This document shows positions 9,806-16,454 of a stretch of DNA of 19,149 bases, one piece after another. The notes beneath the pieces were generated by a model, which had not been told where the DNA came from, made no database searches, and saw only the letters and a program-made list of their open reading frames with translations. This DNA is from a virus. Lineage: Duplodnaviria > Heunggongvirae > Uroviricota > Caudoviricetes. Where the stretch lies: the IMG/VR virus record IMGVR_UViG_2681813236_000002, one strand, 5' to 3'. How positions within the stretch are numbered: position 1 is the stretch's first letter; each line of letters begins with the position of its first letter. A program made the position numbers and the translations under genes.

Positions 9806-10010
9806 GAAAACAACCCATTATCAAATACAAGGCCCGACATGAAAACGCCAGAAAAAGGCATTTTCGGACACTTTCATGTCGGACCTTTACGGATGAAATA
9901 TTAAAAAAAACAAAAAGTTATATTCGAGAAGTACCGACACGATTTTCCCTGAAAAATTTTCATAAATAGTGAAAAACCGCGAGGTCTCCGCCCCGTAACG
10001 CTCCGGATCG
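9802..10010 (-). other. cos: cos packaging site: cosB with repeated CATGAAAAC-type elements (about 9802..9881) and cosN cohesive-end region (about 9982..9993)
   Basis: Minus-strand reading of 10003..9950 is GGGCGGAGACCTCGCGGTTTTTCACTATTTATGAAAATTTT, matching the lambda left end (GGGCGGCGACCTCGCGGGTTTTCGCTATTTATGAAAATTTT as recalled) with few substitutions; plus-strand CGTAACGCTCCGGATCGCCGAAAAGG on the other side resembles the lambda right end. Repeats at about 9802..9813 and 9836..9848, and inverted at 9870..9882, are candidate Nu1-binding R elements. Confidence 0.75.
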
Positions 10011-10168
10011 CCGAAAAGGACCCGAAAATGATAATACATATCAATTACACTTAAAGGGGGGGTAATTTGTTCACATCAACACTCCGGACCCAATGGCCTT
10101 CTACTCTGGTTTTGCCATAAAATAGTCCTGATACATATTCATATCAGTTAGTCATATACGGAAAAAAT

Positions 10169-10495
10169 ATGGGCATTACTATTTTCAGCAGTGAAATACA
10201 GGATGTTGATAGCGAAGCGATGTACAAGAGCTGGCTAGCGACCCATTCCGATGGATTCGTTATTAATCTGCTTAAGTCGGCCAGCGGGAAAGGCAGAACA
10301 AGTGATGCCAGATTTACGCGGATTCATCGAGCCTCATGCAAATCAATCAACCCGTTAATCAGTCCTAAAAATCACGCCAGCTTTACTACTGGCCGATACC
10401 AAAAAGTATGTGTTCTTACGCTTGACGAGGCCGAGTCCACCGCAGGCCAACTAACAGGACTGCCAACCATCCAGAGATGTCATTGGTGTATATAA
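10169..10495 (+). CDS. Hypothetical protein (108 aa), opposite-strand accessory ORF next to cos; no recognisable family
   Basis: ATG at 10169 with only a weak purine-rich RBS; reading frame is open in lower-GC DNA between cos and the lysis cassette; opposite in orientation to the late operon, as lambda bor is, but the product has no signal peptide or lipobox and does not resemble Bor. Confidence 0.45.
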   Translation: MGITIFSSEIQDVDSEAMYKSWLATHSDGFVINLLKSASGKGRTSDARFTRIHRASCKSINPLISPKNHASFTTGRYQKVCVLTLDEAESTAGQLTGLPTIQRCHWCI

Positions 10496-10535
10496 GATAC
10501 TGCCGTTACGATGGACCTGCCCATTGTGATGGCAA

Positions 10536-10557
10536 CAAAAAACCGCCCGGAGGCGGC
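10536..10557 (-). terminator. Candidate intrinsic terminator downstream of the 185-aa moron gene
   Basis: On the minus strand, GC stem CCGCC-(4 nt loop)-GGCGG followed by TTTTTTG; 17 nt after the stop of ORF 10575..11132. The stem is only 5 bp. Confidence 0.45.
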
Positions 10558-10574
10558 TTACCGATAGGATCTGA

Positions 10575-11132
10575 CTATTTATAGATGTCCATCTTATCCA
10601 AAAAATCCTTTAAAGATTTTTCAAAATTCACCTTACTTTCGGTGTAAGAATAATAATTTTGAAAATGTGTATCCAAATCGTTTAGCGCATCTTTTTGGGC
10701 GCTAGTCAGATCATCAACTACGGCATACCCCAAGTATTTGAGCTGTAGATACAGTTCCGATAACTTTTCGTGCATTAACCATTCATCAATATAGTCTTGA
10801 TTTTTTTGGCTAGCCAATACTTCAAAATTAGGTGACTTGGAAACAACCTGACCGTTAGTAACATTCTTGCTTGTGAATGTTTTTGGCATTAGCCCTACTT
10901 CTACATACAGCTTACCTGCTGCTTTTTTGATCTCACGTTTAGCTTTTACTTTCTCTTGTGATTTCCAAGTGCCCATTGCGTAGATAGCTACGCCTAAGGT
11001 TATTGCAGAGAGCACTACAGAAACCCAAGAGGCAATCGCTGAAGTTTTCGTCCATTCTAAAGACTCCCACGCGGCCCTCGCTGCTGACTTAGCAGTCTCG
11101 ATATTTTGGTAATCTAACCAATCCCGTATCAT
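10575..11132 (-). CDS. Hypothetical single-pass membrane protein (185 aa), AT-rich moron between Rz and cos
   Basis: ATG at 11132; one strongly hydrophobic segment (SAIASWVSVVLSAITLGVAIYAMG) followed by a roughly 130-aa K/E/D-rich soluble domain; local GC content is visibly much lower than flanking phage genes; has a candidate promoter and terminator of its own. Confidence 0.75.
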   Translation of the reverse strand: MIRDWLDYQNIETAKSAARAAWESLEWTKTSAIASWVSVVLSAITLGVAIYAMGTWKSQEKVKAKREIKKAAGKLYVEVGLMPKTFTSKNVTNGQVVSKSPNFEVLASQKNQDYIDEWLMHEKLSELYLQLKYLGYAVVDDLTSAQKDALNDLDTHFQNYYSYTESKVNFEKSLKDFLDKMDIYK

Positions 11133-11165
11133 TGATATGTATCCAACATTTGTTTATGAGTTCAG

Positions 11166-11194
11166 ATTTTATTCATCTTTGATACGGATTGTAA
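11166..11194 (-). promoter_or_regulatory. Candidate sigma70 promoter for the moron gene (-35 TTACAA, 17-bp spacer, -10 TAAAAT)
   Basis: Read on the minus strand in the 71-bp gap between the Rz stop and the moron start: TTACAA (plus 11189..11194), 17 nt, TAAAAT (plus 11166..11171). Sequence-only prediction. Confidence 0.35.
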
Positions 11195-11203
11195 TTTTTT
11201 TTG

Positions 11204-11668
11204 TCACTGAACGCATTGTCTTTTCACATATTCCTGCAGATAACCAACCTGCTTCGTCACTGTGTCGACTCGTTCTCTGAGGGTGAAATAATCCCGTTCA
11301 GCGGAGTCAGTAAGTCGGGAGGAGGCTGCATTACCCACACCGGAGGCGGTGGTGGCTTCACGCACTGACTGACAGACTGCTTTGATGTGCAACCGACGAC
11401 GACCAGCGGCAACATCATCACGCAGAGCATCATTTTCAGCTTTCGCATCAGCTAACTCCTTCGTGTATTTTGCATCGAGCGCAGCAACATCACGCTGACG
11501 CATCTGCATGTCAGTAATTGCCGCGTTCGCCAGCTTCAGTTCTCTGGCATTTTTGTCGCGCTGGGCTTTGTAGGTAATGGCGTTATCACGGTAATGATTA
11601 ACAGACCATGACAGGCAGACGATGATGCAGATAATCAGAGCGGAGATAATCGCGGTTACTCTGCTCAT
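11204..11668 (-). CDS. Rz: Inner-membrane spanin Rz (154 aa)
   Basis: Product matches lambda Rz as recalled (N-terminal transmembrane segment, coiled-coil rich); ATGA overlap with R; the embedded Rz1 frame is present. Confidence 0.9.
   Translation of the reverse strand: MSRVTAIISALIICIIVCLSWSVNHYRDNAITYKAQRDKNARELKLANAAITDMQMRQRDVAALDAKYTKELADAKAENDALRDDVAAGRRRLHIKAVCQSVREATTASGVGNAASSRLTDSAERDYFTLRERVDTVTKQVGYLQEYVKRQCVQ
11257..11448 (-). CDS. Rz1: Outer-membrane lipoprotein spanin Rz1, embedded in Rz in the +1 frame
   Basis: Product [36 protein letters not shown]... carries a lipobox (LVVVGC) and proline-rich tail, matching lambda Rz1 as recalled; ATG at 11448. Confidence 0.8.
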   Translation of the reverse strand: MRKLKMMLCVMMLPLVVVGCTSKQSVSQCVKPPPPPVWVMQPPPDLLTPLNGIISPSENESTQ

Positions 11669-12141
11669 ACCTCAATCTCTCTGACCGTTCCGCCAGCTTC
11701 TTTGAATTTTGCAATCAGGTTGTCAGCCTTATGCTCGAACTGACCATAACCAGCGCCCGGCAGTGAAGCCCAGATATTGCTGCAACGGTCGATTGCCTGA
11801 CGAATATCACCGCGGTCAATCATCGGCAAAGCGCCACGCTCTTTAATCTGCTGCAATGCCACAGCGTCCTGACTTTTGGGAGAGAAGTCTTTCAGGCCAA
11901 GCTGCTTACGGTAAGCATCCCACCAACGGGAAAGAAGCTGGTAACGTCCGGCGGCTGTTGATTTGAGTTTGGGGTTTAGCGTGACAAGTTTGCGAGGGTG
12001 ATCGGAGTAATCAGTAAACAGTCCGCCGCCAACAATAACATCATAACCGTGGTTACGTGTCGGTTGTCGCCCGTTATCTGTTCCTTCTGACCAGGCCACC
12101 ATATCGAGGAAAGCTTTACGCTGGGAATTTAGTACCTGCAT
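11665..12141 (-). CDS. R: Endolysin R (lambda-type lytic transglycosylase, 158 aa)
   Basis: Near-identical to lambda R as recalled ([108 protein letters not shown]). Confidence 0.95.
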   Translation of the reverse strand: MQVLNSQRKAFLDMVAWSEGTDNGRQPTRNHGYDVIVGGGLFTDYSDHPRKLVTLNPKLKSTAAGRYQLLSRWWDAYRKQLGLKDFSPKSQDAVALQQIKERGALPMIDRGDIRQAIDRCSNIWASLPGAGYGQFEHKADNLIAKFKEAGGTVREIEV

Positions 12142-12144
12142 AAA

Positions 12145-12486
12145 TTACTCCTTAGAGCCACCAAACTTATTACCGATTACTCTCATTGCAGCCCCACGAA
12201 TTGCATCGACCCCGATCAGCCCAACGCCGCCACCAATGGCAACAGAAAGCGATTTAGGCCATCCGACATACTCAAGAGCGGATGCAAAAGTCAGCGTCAG
12301 AGCGCCACAGAGCAAAATCTCGAGCGTTTTTCGCTTCCAGCCACCACCACCGTCAAAATAGGCAATGCGCAAGCCAGCCATAACGATCGACATAATTACT
12401 GCGCCCAGCGGTGTGTCTCCATGCCACCAGCTCTGTAACAATTCAAGTAAGTCAGACCAGGAATGAGGATCGTTATGCATTTTCAT
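12145..12486 (-). CDS. S: Holin (class-I-like, about 3 predicted transmembrane segments), not lambda-S-like in sequence
   Basis: Immediately upstream of R; hydrophobic segments; the first ORF codon is GTG, while ATG AAA ATG (Met-Lys-Met) at 12486/12480 is preceded by GGAGGTG, so the start was set at 12486. Confidence 0.8.
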   Translation of the reverse strand: MKMHNDPHSWSDLLELLQSWWHGDTPLGAVIMSIVMAGLRIAYFDGGGGWKRKTLEILLCGALTLTFASALEYVGWPKSLSVAIGGGVGLIGVDAIRGAAMRVIGNKFGGSKE

Positions 12487-12573
12487 AATTCCCACCTCCG
12501 GTTATCGGAAGTGCAACGAGTGAAGGGAAAGAAGCTGGTTATAGCGCTGAGTCGCAAAAGATGCGTAGTGCAC

Positions 12574-12605
12574 AAAAAAGGCCGCCCACAGGCAGCCTCT
12601 TTTTA
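12574..12605. terminator. Candidate bidirectional intrinsic terminator between the small Cys-rich ORF and the holin
   Basis: Imperfect GC-rich inverted repeat (GGCCGCC / GGCAGCC, one mismatch, 4-nt loop) flanked by an A-run on one side and a T-run on the other; on the minus strand it reads stem then TTTTTTG. Confidence 0.45.
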
Positions 12606-12617
12606 TAATTCATTGAG

Positions 12618-12860
12618 TTAACAACATTTAAATGCTGGTGGTATAGAAGGTTTTTCACCAGAACGGCAAGCCGGACACCATGACTGAACGATATGCCTGC
12701 CGTCTCCCATATCCCTATAACCAAAGTCTATTGTTTTATAAAAAACGTGCACTCCGGCATCAGCAGAACAGTTTGGGCAAGATTTATATTCAACCCCTTC
12801 TTGTTCAACTTCTCGTGAATAGTTTAATGACTGCTCACAAACAGAACAACGCTCCACCAT
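12618..12860 (-). CDS. Small Cys-rich protein (80 aa), putative zinc-ribbon-like; function unknown
   Basis: ATG at 12860 preceded by AGGAGA; paired Cys motifs CxxC (5-8), CPxC (28-31), CPxC (62-65) and C-terminal CC; located between Q/late promoter and the holin. Confidence 0.6.
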   Translation of the reverse strand: MVERCSVCEQSLNYSREVEQEGVEYKSCPNCSADAGVHVFYKTIDFGYRDMGDGRHIVQSWCPACRSGEKPSIPPAFKCC

Positions 12861-13019
12861 ATATGCTCTCCTGTTTTTGATAGAGATTTATGGGTAGCAA
12901 TTCCATTCAAAAGAAACATTGAAGGGTGTCACTTTTTCAAAATGAGCGTAGCTGGCTGCCAGTTTTTTGTACAACACACTTTAAGGAAGGTGAGCCTTAA
13001 AAACACAATTGACATCAAT

Positions 13020-13041
13020 AAAAAACCCGCTCGGTGGCAGG
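13020..13041 (-). terminator. Candidate tR'-like terminator of a short late-promoter leader transcript
   Basis: Minus-strand CCTGC-(6 nt loop)-GCGGG hairpin followed by TTTTTTATTG, about 60 nt downstream of the candidate late promoter. Stem is short and includes a G-U pair. Confidence 0.4.
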
Positions 13042-13089
13042 TTCTTGAAGATTATCAACGATAGACACACAAAGCCCATCATTAGGAGA

Positions 13090-13118
13090 ATTCTAACCAG
13101 ATTTTTTGAAAAATGCAA
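13090..13118 (-). promoter_or_regulatory. Candidate late promoter pR' (-35 TTGCAT, 17-bp spacer, -10 TAGAAT) just downstream of Q
   Basis: Read on the minus strand 32 bp after the Q stop: TTGCAT (plus 13113..13118), 17 nt, TAGAAT (plus 13090..13095); position corresponds to pR'/qut in lambda. Confidence 0.45.
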
Positions 13119-13149
13119 GCATCATGTCGCCATCTTCGTCGAACATCAT

Positions 13150-13902
13150 TTATCTTGTCACCTTTCTCAATTGTGTCTCTGCATATGCTTCTTCCTGCCA
13201 GCACTTTGTAACCAGTTTATCAATGACATCTGCATATCCTTTGTACCACTGATAATCCGTCAAGTCTGGTACCAGTTTCTGGACATGATGCCGCGCCAGT
13301 GTGGTTGGTAAACGGCTAAACCGGTTACCATTGCAACGCCCACAAATCTTATAAACAGGCGTACCATGAAGCCGGGTTCTTTTTTCATCCAGGACAATAC
13401 CTTTACCCTTACACCCTCTGCACGCTGTGCTGACTTCTCCCTTACCATAACAATGCTGACATAGTTCCTTCACCCACTCTTCCTTGATAACAGATTCCCC
13501 GCTTCTGGAGTGTTTCACCACTTCGCGCAATACATTATGAAATCCAGTACCAGCACAATGCTCACAGCGAGCCTTACTTGCCGCAGACCTGGAATAATCA
13601 GCAAAGGCAAAATTCACAAGGTAAGGAATGAGCTGTAGCCGGGTTTCTTCACTCAATTTATTCAATGTCGGGTTATCCAGTGCCATCGCGTAATTGAGCA
13701 GACCTTCAATCGCAAACTGAGGATCCTGAACACCAACTTTTGCTAGGAATAAGGCAAACCCAAGCGGTGCTTTCGACTGCACCATCCCCTGCGCAGCCAT
13801 CACATCCGTAATTGTTAAACCACCAGAGCCTGTCGCCGGTGCGTCATCGCTCAGTTTTGGAGATTTCGGGGAGTAATATTTCGGTAAGGCTTCAAGGTTC
13901 AT
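13150..13902 (-). CDS. Q: Late-gene antiterminator Q (lambda-Q family, 250 aa)
   Basis: Product shares blocks with lambda Q as recalled (YSPKSPK-SD, TDVMAAQGM-QS, Cys-rich Zn-binding region CEHCAGTG...CQHCYGKG..., C-terminal L-PDLT motifs); ATG at 13902. Confidence 0.88.
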   Translation of the reverse strand: MNLEALPKYYSPKSPKLSDDAPATGSGGLTITDVMAAQGMVQSKAPLGFALFLAKVGVQDPQFAIEGLLNYAMALDNPTLNKLSEETRLQLIPYLVNFAFADYSRSAASKARCEHCAGTGFHNVLREVVKHSRSGESVIKEEWVKELCQHCYGKGEVSTACRGCKGKGIVLDEKRTRLHGTPVYKICGRCNGNRFSRLPTTLARHHVQKLVPDLTDYQWYKGYADVIDKLVTKCWQEEAYAETQLRKVTR

Positions 13903-13915
13903 GCTCGTTCTCCAC

Positions 13916-14911
13916 TTACGCCAGCACGCCTATTGCCAGCGCACGATCGATAAAACGAAATATCAGCTCCAGCTGGGAACCATACTTCTCTTCAAATGCC
14001 ACGGTATCCGCATGCAGCTCGTCGTGATGCTTTCTGCACAAAGGCAACACAAAGAGGTCATGCGCTTTTGTACCCATCCCGCCCTGACCGTGGCCTATCA
14101 GGTGGTGGGGATCATCAGCAGGCTTTCCACAACATGCACACGGCTGCGTCTTAACCCAGCGCGTGTACTTTTCGTTAACCCAGCGGCGACGTTTTGGGCG
14201 TAACATAAAAGACTCCGGCGACTCCGGATCCACTTTCAGCGCCAGCACCTTTTTCGCTTTATCCTGGATGATGCTGGTGGCAGGAACCGAAGGCACAAGG
14301 TCACTTTCCCGGGTGACAGACGGCACAACAGGCTTCGGTAATCTCAGTGCCTTACGGGCTGCACTTTCCGGTAAGGCATCCGCCAGGTCATTACGAACCA
14401 GCCACCAGCACAGTTCCGGCATTGTCACAACGTGACTATCATCAAAACCGAGATCCCGACGCACGACAGACAACACCCAGCGGGCACAGTTATCCGTTGC
14501 CATTGATTCCAGCCGTTCCGTGAACTGATCGCGCAGCTGGTTATCGCAGTGCCAGCACAGACGGATTGCGCCCGGCGCGTGTCGCATTGTGGTCATGTTC
14601 TCGCTGTGCCAGTCGGAATGAGGCCATTGGCAGCCTTTTTCACGAAGTAACCAGCTTTCAAGACATTCCACTCCACCAGCACGACGGATCACTGCCTCAT
14701 TGCGGAACACGGCCCGAACGGCAGGATCATCCGCCAGCGGTTGTGATGCCGCCGGAACGGCACCACTGGCAAAAGATGAATAACGTTCCGGCTCAGGCTC
14801 CAGCAGGACACGCCCCTGCATAAACAGGGGCATCAGCTCTGAACCGGGTCTGAACAATACGATCCCCATACGCGGGGCAATTTCAGGGGTCAGTAGTGCT
14901 CTCACGGTCAC
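13916..14911 (-). CDS. DUF968-like phage protein with C-terminal HNH-like Cys/His cluster (331 aa)
   Basis: C-terminal CACCGKPADDPHHLIGHG...LPLCRKHHDELH motif typical of HNH-type zinc-binding folds; GTG start at 14911 with GAGG upstream, coupled to the KilA-N stop. Family assignment is from memory. Confidence 0.75.
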   Translation of the reverse strand: MTVRALLTPEIAPRMGIVLFRPGSELMPLFMQGRVLLEPEPERYSSFASGAVPAASQPLADDPAVRAVFRNEAVIRRAGGVECLESWLLREKGCQWPHSDWHSENMTTMRHAPGAIRLCWHCDNQLRDQFTERLESMATDNCARWVLSVVRRDLGFDDSHVVTMPELCWWLVRNDLADALPESAARKALRLPKPVVPSVTRESDLVPSVPATSIIQDKAKKVLALKVDPESPESFMLRPKRRRWVNEKYTRWVKTQPCACCGKPADDPHHLIGHGQGGMGTKAHDLFVLPLCRKHHDELHADTVAFEEKYGSQLELIFRFIDRALAIGVLA

Positions 14912-14912
14912 C

Positions 14913-15722
14913 TCAATGAACGGTATCGAGCAGCTTTAACAGCTCAGGGAATCGGGATTCGAAAAAGTGCGGCTGCGTCTCGCGCGGATTTGCGGGACTG
15001 GTGATGTTCTTGCCGAACATGCAGCCTTTCGCTGTCAGCGACCAGAATTTTTTGATGTTGTTAATCGCGGTACGGCTGTATCGTTCGCGCTGCTCGACGA
15101 TCCCCAGCTTCACCATCTGGTGATATGCCTGATTAGCTGTCAGGCGGATACCATACTGCTTCAGCAGTGCACTCAGTGACAGCGTGGGGCGGCTTGAGCC
15201 ATCAGGCGCGTCAGCAGGAGCATCAATGGCATAGCGCGGTGCCAGATTCGGTAAGCCAACAGCCTCCTGGAGTTTCTGACAGGCACCAAGCACTGAAGAG
15301 TTAGACAGATTTAACTCCCGGCGCATAAAGTCCAGCAGGATCACGCCAGCCTGCATCTTGTCAGCAGCCTGTCCGGATAACTTTTCCGGCGCGCTGGTTA
15401 CCATATCGAAAGTACGGATCACCTTCAGATGGAATGACGGGCTGATCCACATTGCATAGGCATACACCAGTTCCTTACAGACATACGTTCCCCGTTCATT
15501 TCCCCCATGAATCACACTCACCGGGTCAACACCCAAATTCTGGGTGTTGGTCAATTCATGAACAAGCTCAACAGTTTGTTGGCTGGAAAGAAACTTTCCT
15601 GGCTCCTTGGTTCTGGCATTTGCACCAGATGCTACTGCTGCGCGATGCAGATCGTTCAGGCTGTAACGTCCATAAGCATCACGACGAACTTCAATACCAT
15701 CAATAACCATCAGATTATTCAT
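14913..15722 (-). CDS. KilA-N domain protein (269 aa)
   Basis: N-terminal 100 aa (MVIDGIEVRRDAYGRYSLNDLHRAA...GTYVCKELVYAYAMWISPSFHLKVIRTFD) has the pattern I associate with the KilA-N DNA-binding domain; location in the nin-like region upstream of Q. Confidence 0.8.
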   Translation of the reverse strand: MNNLMVIDGIEVRRDAYGRYSLNDLHRAAVASGANARTKEPGKFLSSQQTVELVHELTNTQNLGVDPVSVIHGGNERGTYVCKELVYAYAMWISPSFHLKVIRTFDMVTSAPEKLSGQAADKMQAGVILLDFMRRELNLSNSSVLGACQKLQEAVGLPNLAPRYAIDAPADAPDGSSRPTLSLSALLKQYGIRLTANQAYHQMVKLGIVEQRERYSRTAINNIKKFWSLTAKGCMFGKNITSPANPRETQPHFFESRFPELLKLLDTVH

Positions 15723-15741
15723 ACTTCGTTTCTCCTCTTAA

Positions 15742-16131
15742 TCAGGCGGCTGCACCCGCCGTTTTCTCGTACTTACTGATAGTGATCTCGACCTTCCCTT
15801 CCGGGATAACCGGTCCCCACTCCACCAGCATTCTTTTCACCTGACTGTCGTCTTCCCACACACCCGCGTGGGTCAGGGCGTCAAACAGCGCCTTGTTATA
15901 GTTGTCCAGATCGCGGATCCGGTTATCCGGAGGAAACAACACGATCTCCACTGAAGCAGGTGCCGACGTTGGTTTTGGCAGACGACGTAACTGCTCAACT
16001 ATTGCTGCACACGCCGCGCTCTGGAATTTTCGCCCCGCCGCGCTTATCAGGCTCTTACCAGCAAACGCCCCTTTGTTGGGGTGTCGCCAGTACGTGTTCA
16101 CGCTGGGCGGAAAAGGCAGAATCAGCTTCAT
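15742..16131 (-). CDS. rusA: Holliday junction resolvase RusA (129 aa)
   Basis: Product contains RusA-family hallmarks (LPFPPSVNTYWR, DLDNYNKALFDALTHAGVWEDDSQV); ATGA overlap with the upstream LexA-like gene. Confidence 0.9.
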   Translation of the reverse strand: MKLILPFPPSVNTYWRHPNKGAFAGKSLISAAGRKFQSAACAAIVEQLRRLPKPTSAPASVEIVLFPPDNRIRDLDNYNKALFDALTHAGVWEDDSQVKRMLVEWGPVIPEGKVEITISKYEKTAGAAA

Positions 16132-16454
16132 ACTTTCAGCTCCCTCTCATGTAACCAGTGGGCTGCACGCAGCCTGGCGTTTTCCTCACCGGCAAGCAGT
16201 GCGCGGATAATCCCGACCGCCTCGCTGTCGTCGTCCTTCACCGCGGTATGAAGCGTTATCCCCCGGGCCACGCCACGCTTTATCGTGATGACGCCTTTTT
16301 TCTCCAGTGCGCGAAGATGCTCCACCGCTGCATTCACTGAACGGTATCCCAGCATGGTTGCCACCTCCTGATTGGTTGGCGGGAAGCCACGTTCTTGCTG
16401 GTAAGAAATCAGCATATCCAGCACCTGCTGCTGGCATTGAGTTAACGTCGTCAT
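16128..16454 (-). CDS. LexA-like winged-helix DNA-binding-domain protein lacking the S24 peptidase domain (108 aa)
   Basis: ORF 16128..16520; from the ATG at 16454 (GGAGA upstream) the product MTTLTQCQQQVLDMLISYQQERGFPPTNQEVATMLGYRSVNAAVEHLRALEKKGVITIKRGVARGITL aligns with the LexA N-terminal DNA-binding domain; the remaining roughly 40 aa are too short for a protease domain. Confidence 0.8.
   Translation of the reverse strand: MTTLTQCQQQVLDMLISYQQERGFPPTNQEVATMLGYRSVNAAVEHLRALEKKGVITIKRGVARGITLHTAVKDDDSEAVGIIRALLAGEENARLRAAHWLHERELKV

Noticed and set aside
10169..10495. Assigning the plus-strand ORF as bor
   Set aside because: Bor is a lipoprotein with an N-terminal signal peptide and lipobox; this product has neither and does not resemble the Bor sequence I recall. 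Only the position and orientation are bor-like.
12496..13149. Shiga-toxin, tRNA or other known cargo between Q and S
   Set aside because: The interval is only about 650 bp and contains nothing resembling stxA/stxB-sized ORFs or tRNA cloverleaf sequences; only the 80-aa Cys-rich ORF and predicted control elements.
13009..13311. 100-aa plus-strand ORF starting with TTG
   Set aside because: Overlaps the 3' end of Q and the predicted late-promoter region on the opposite strand; Cys/His/Phe-rich antisense-type composition.
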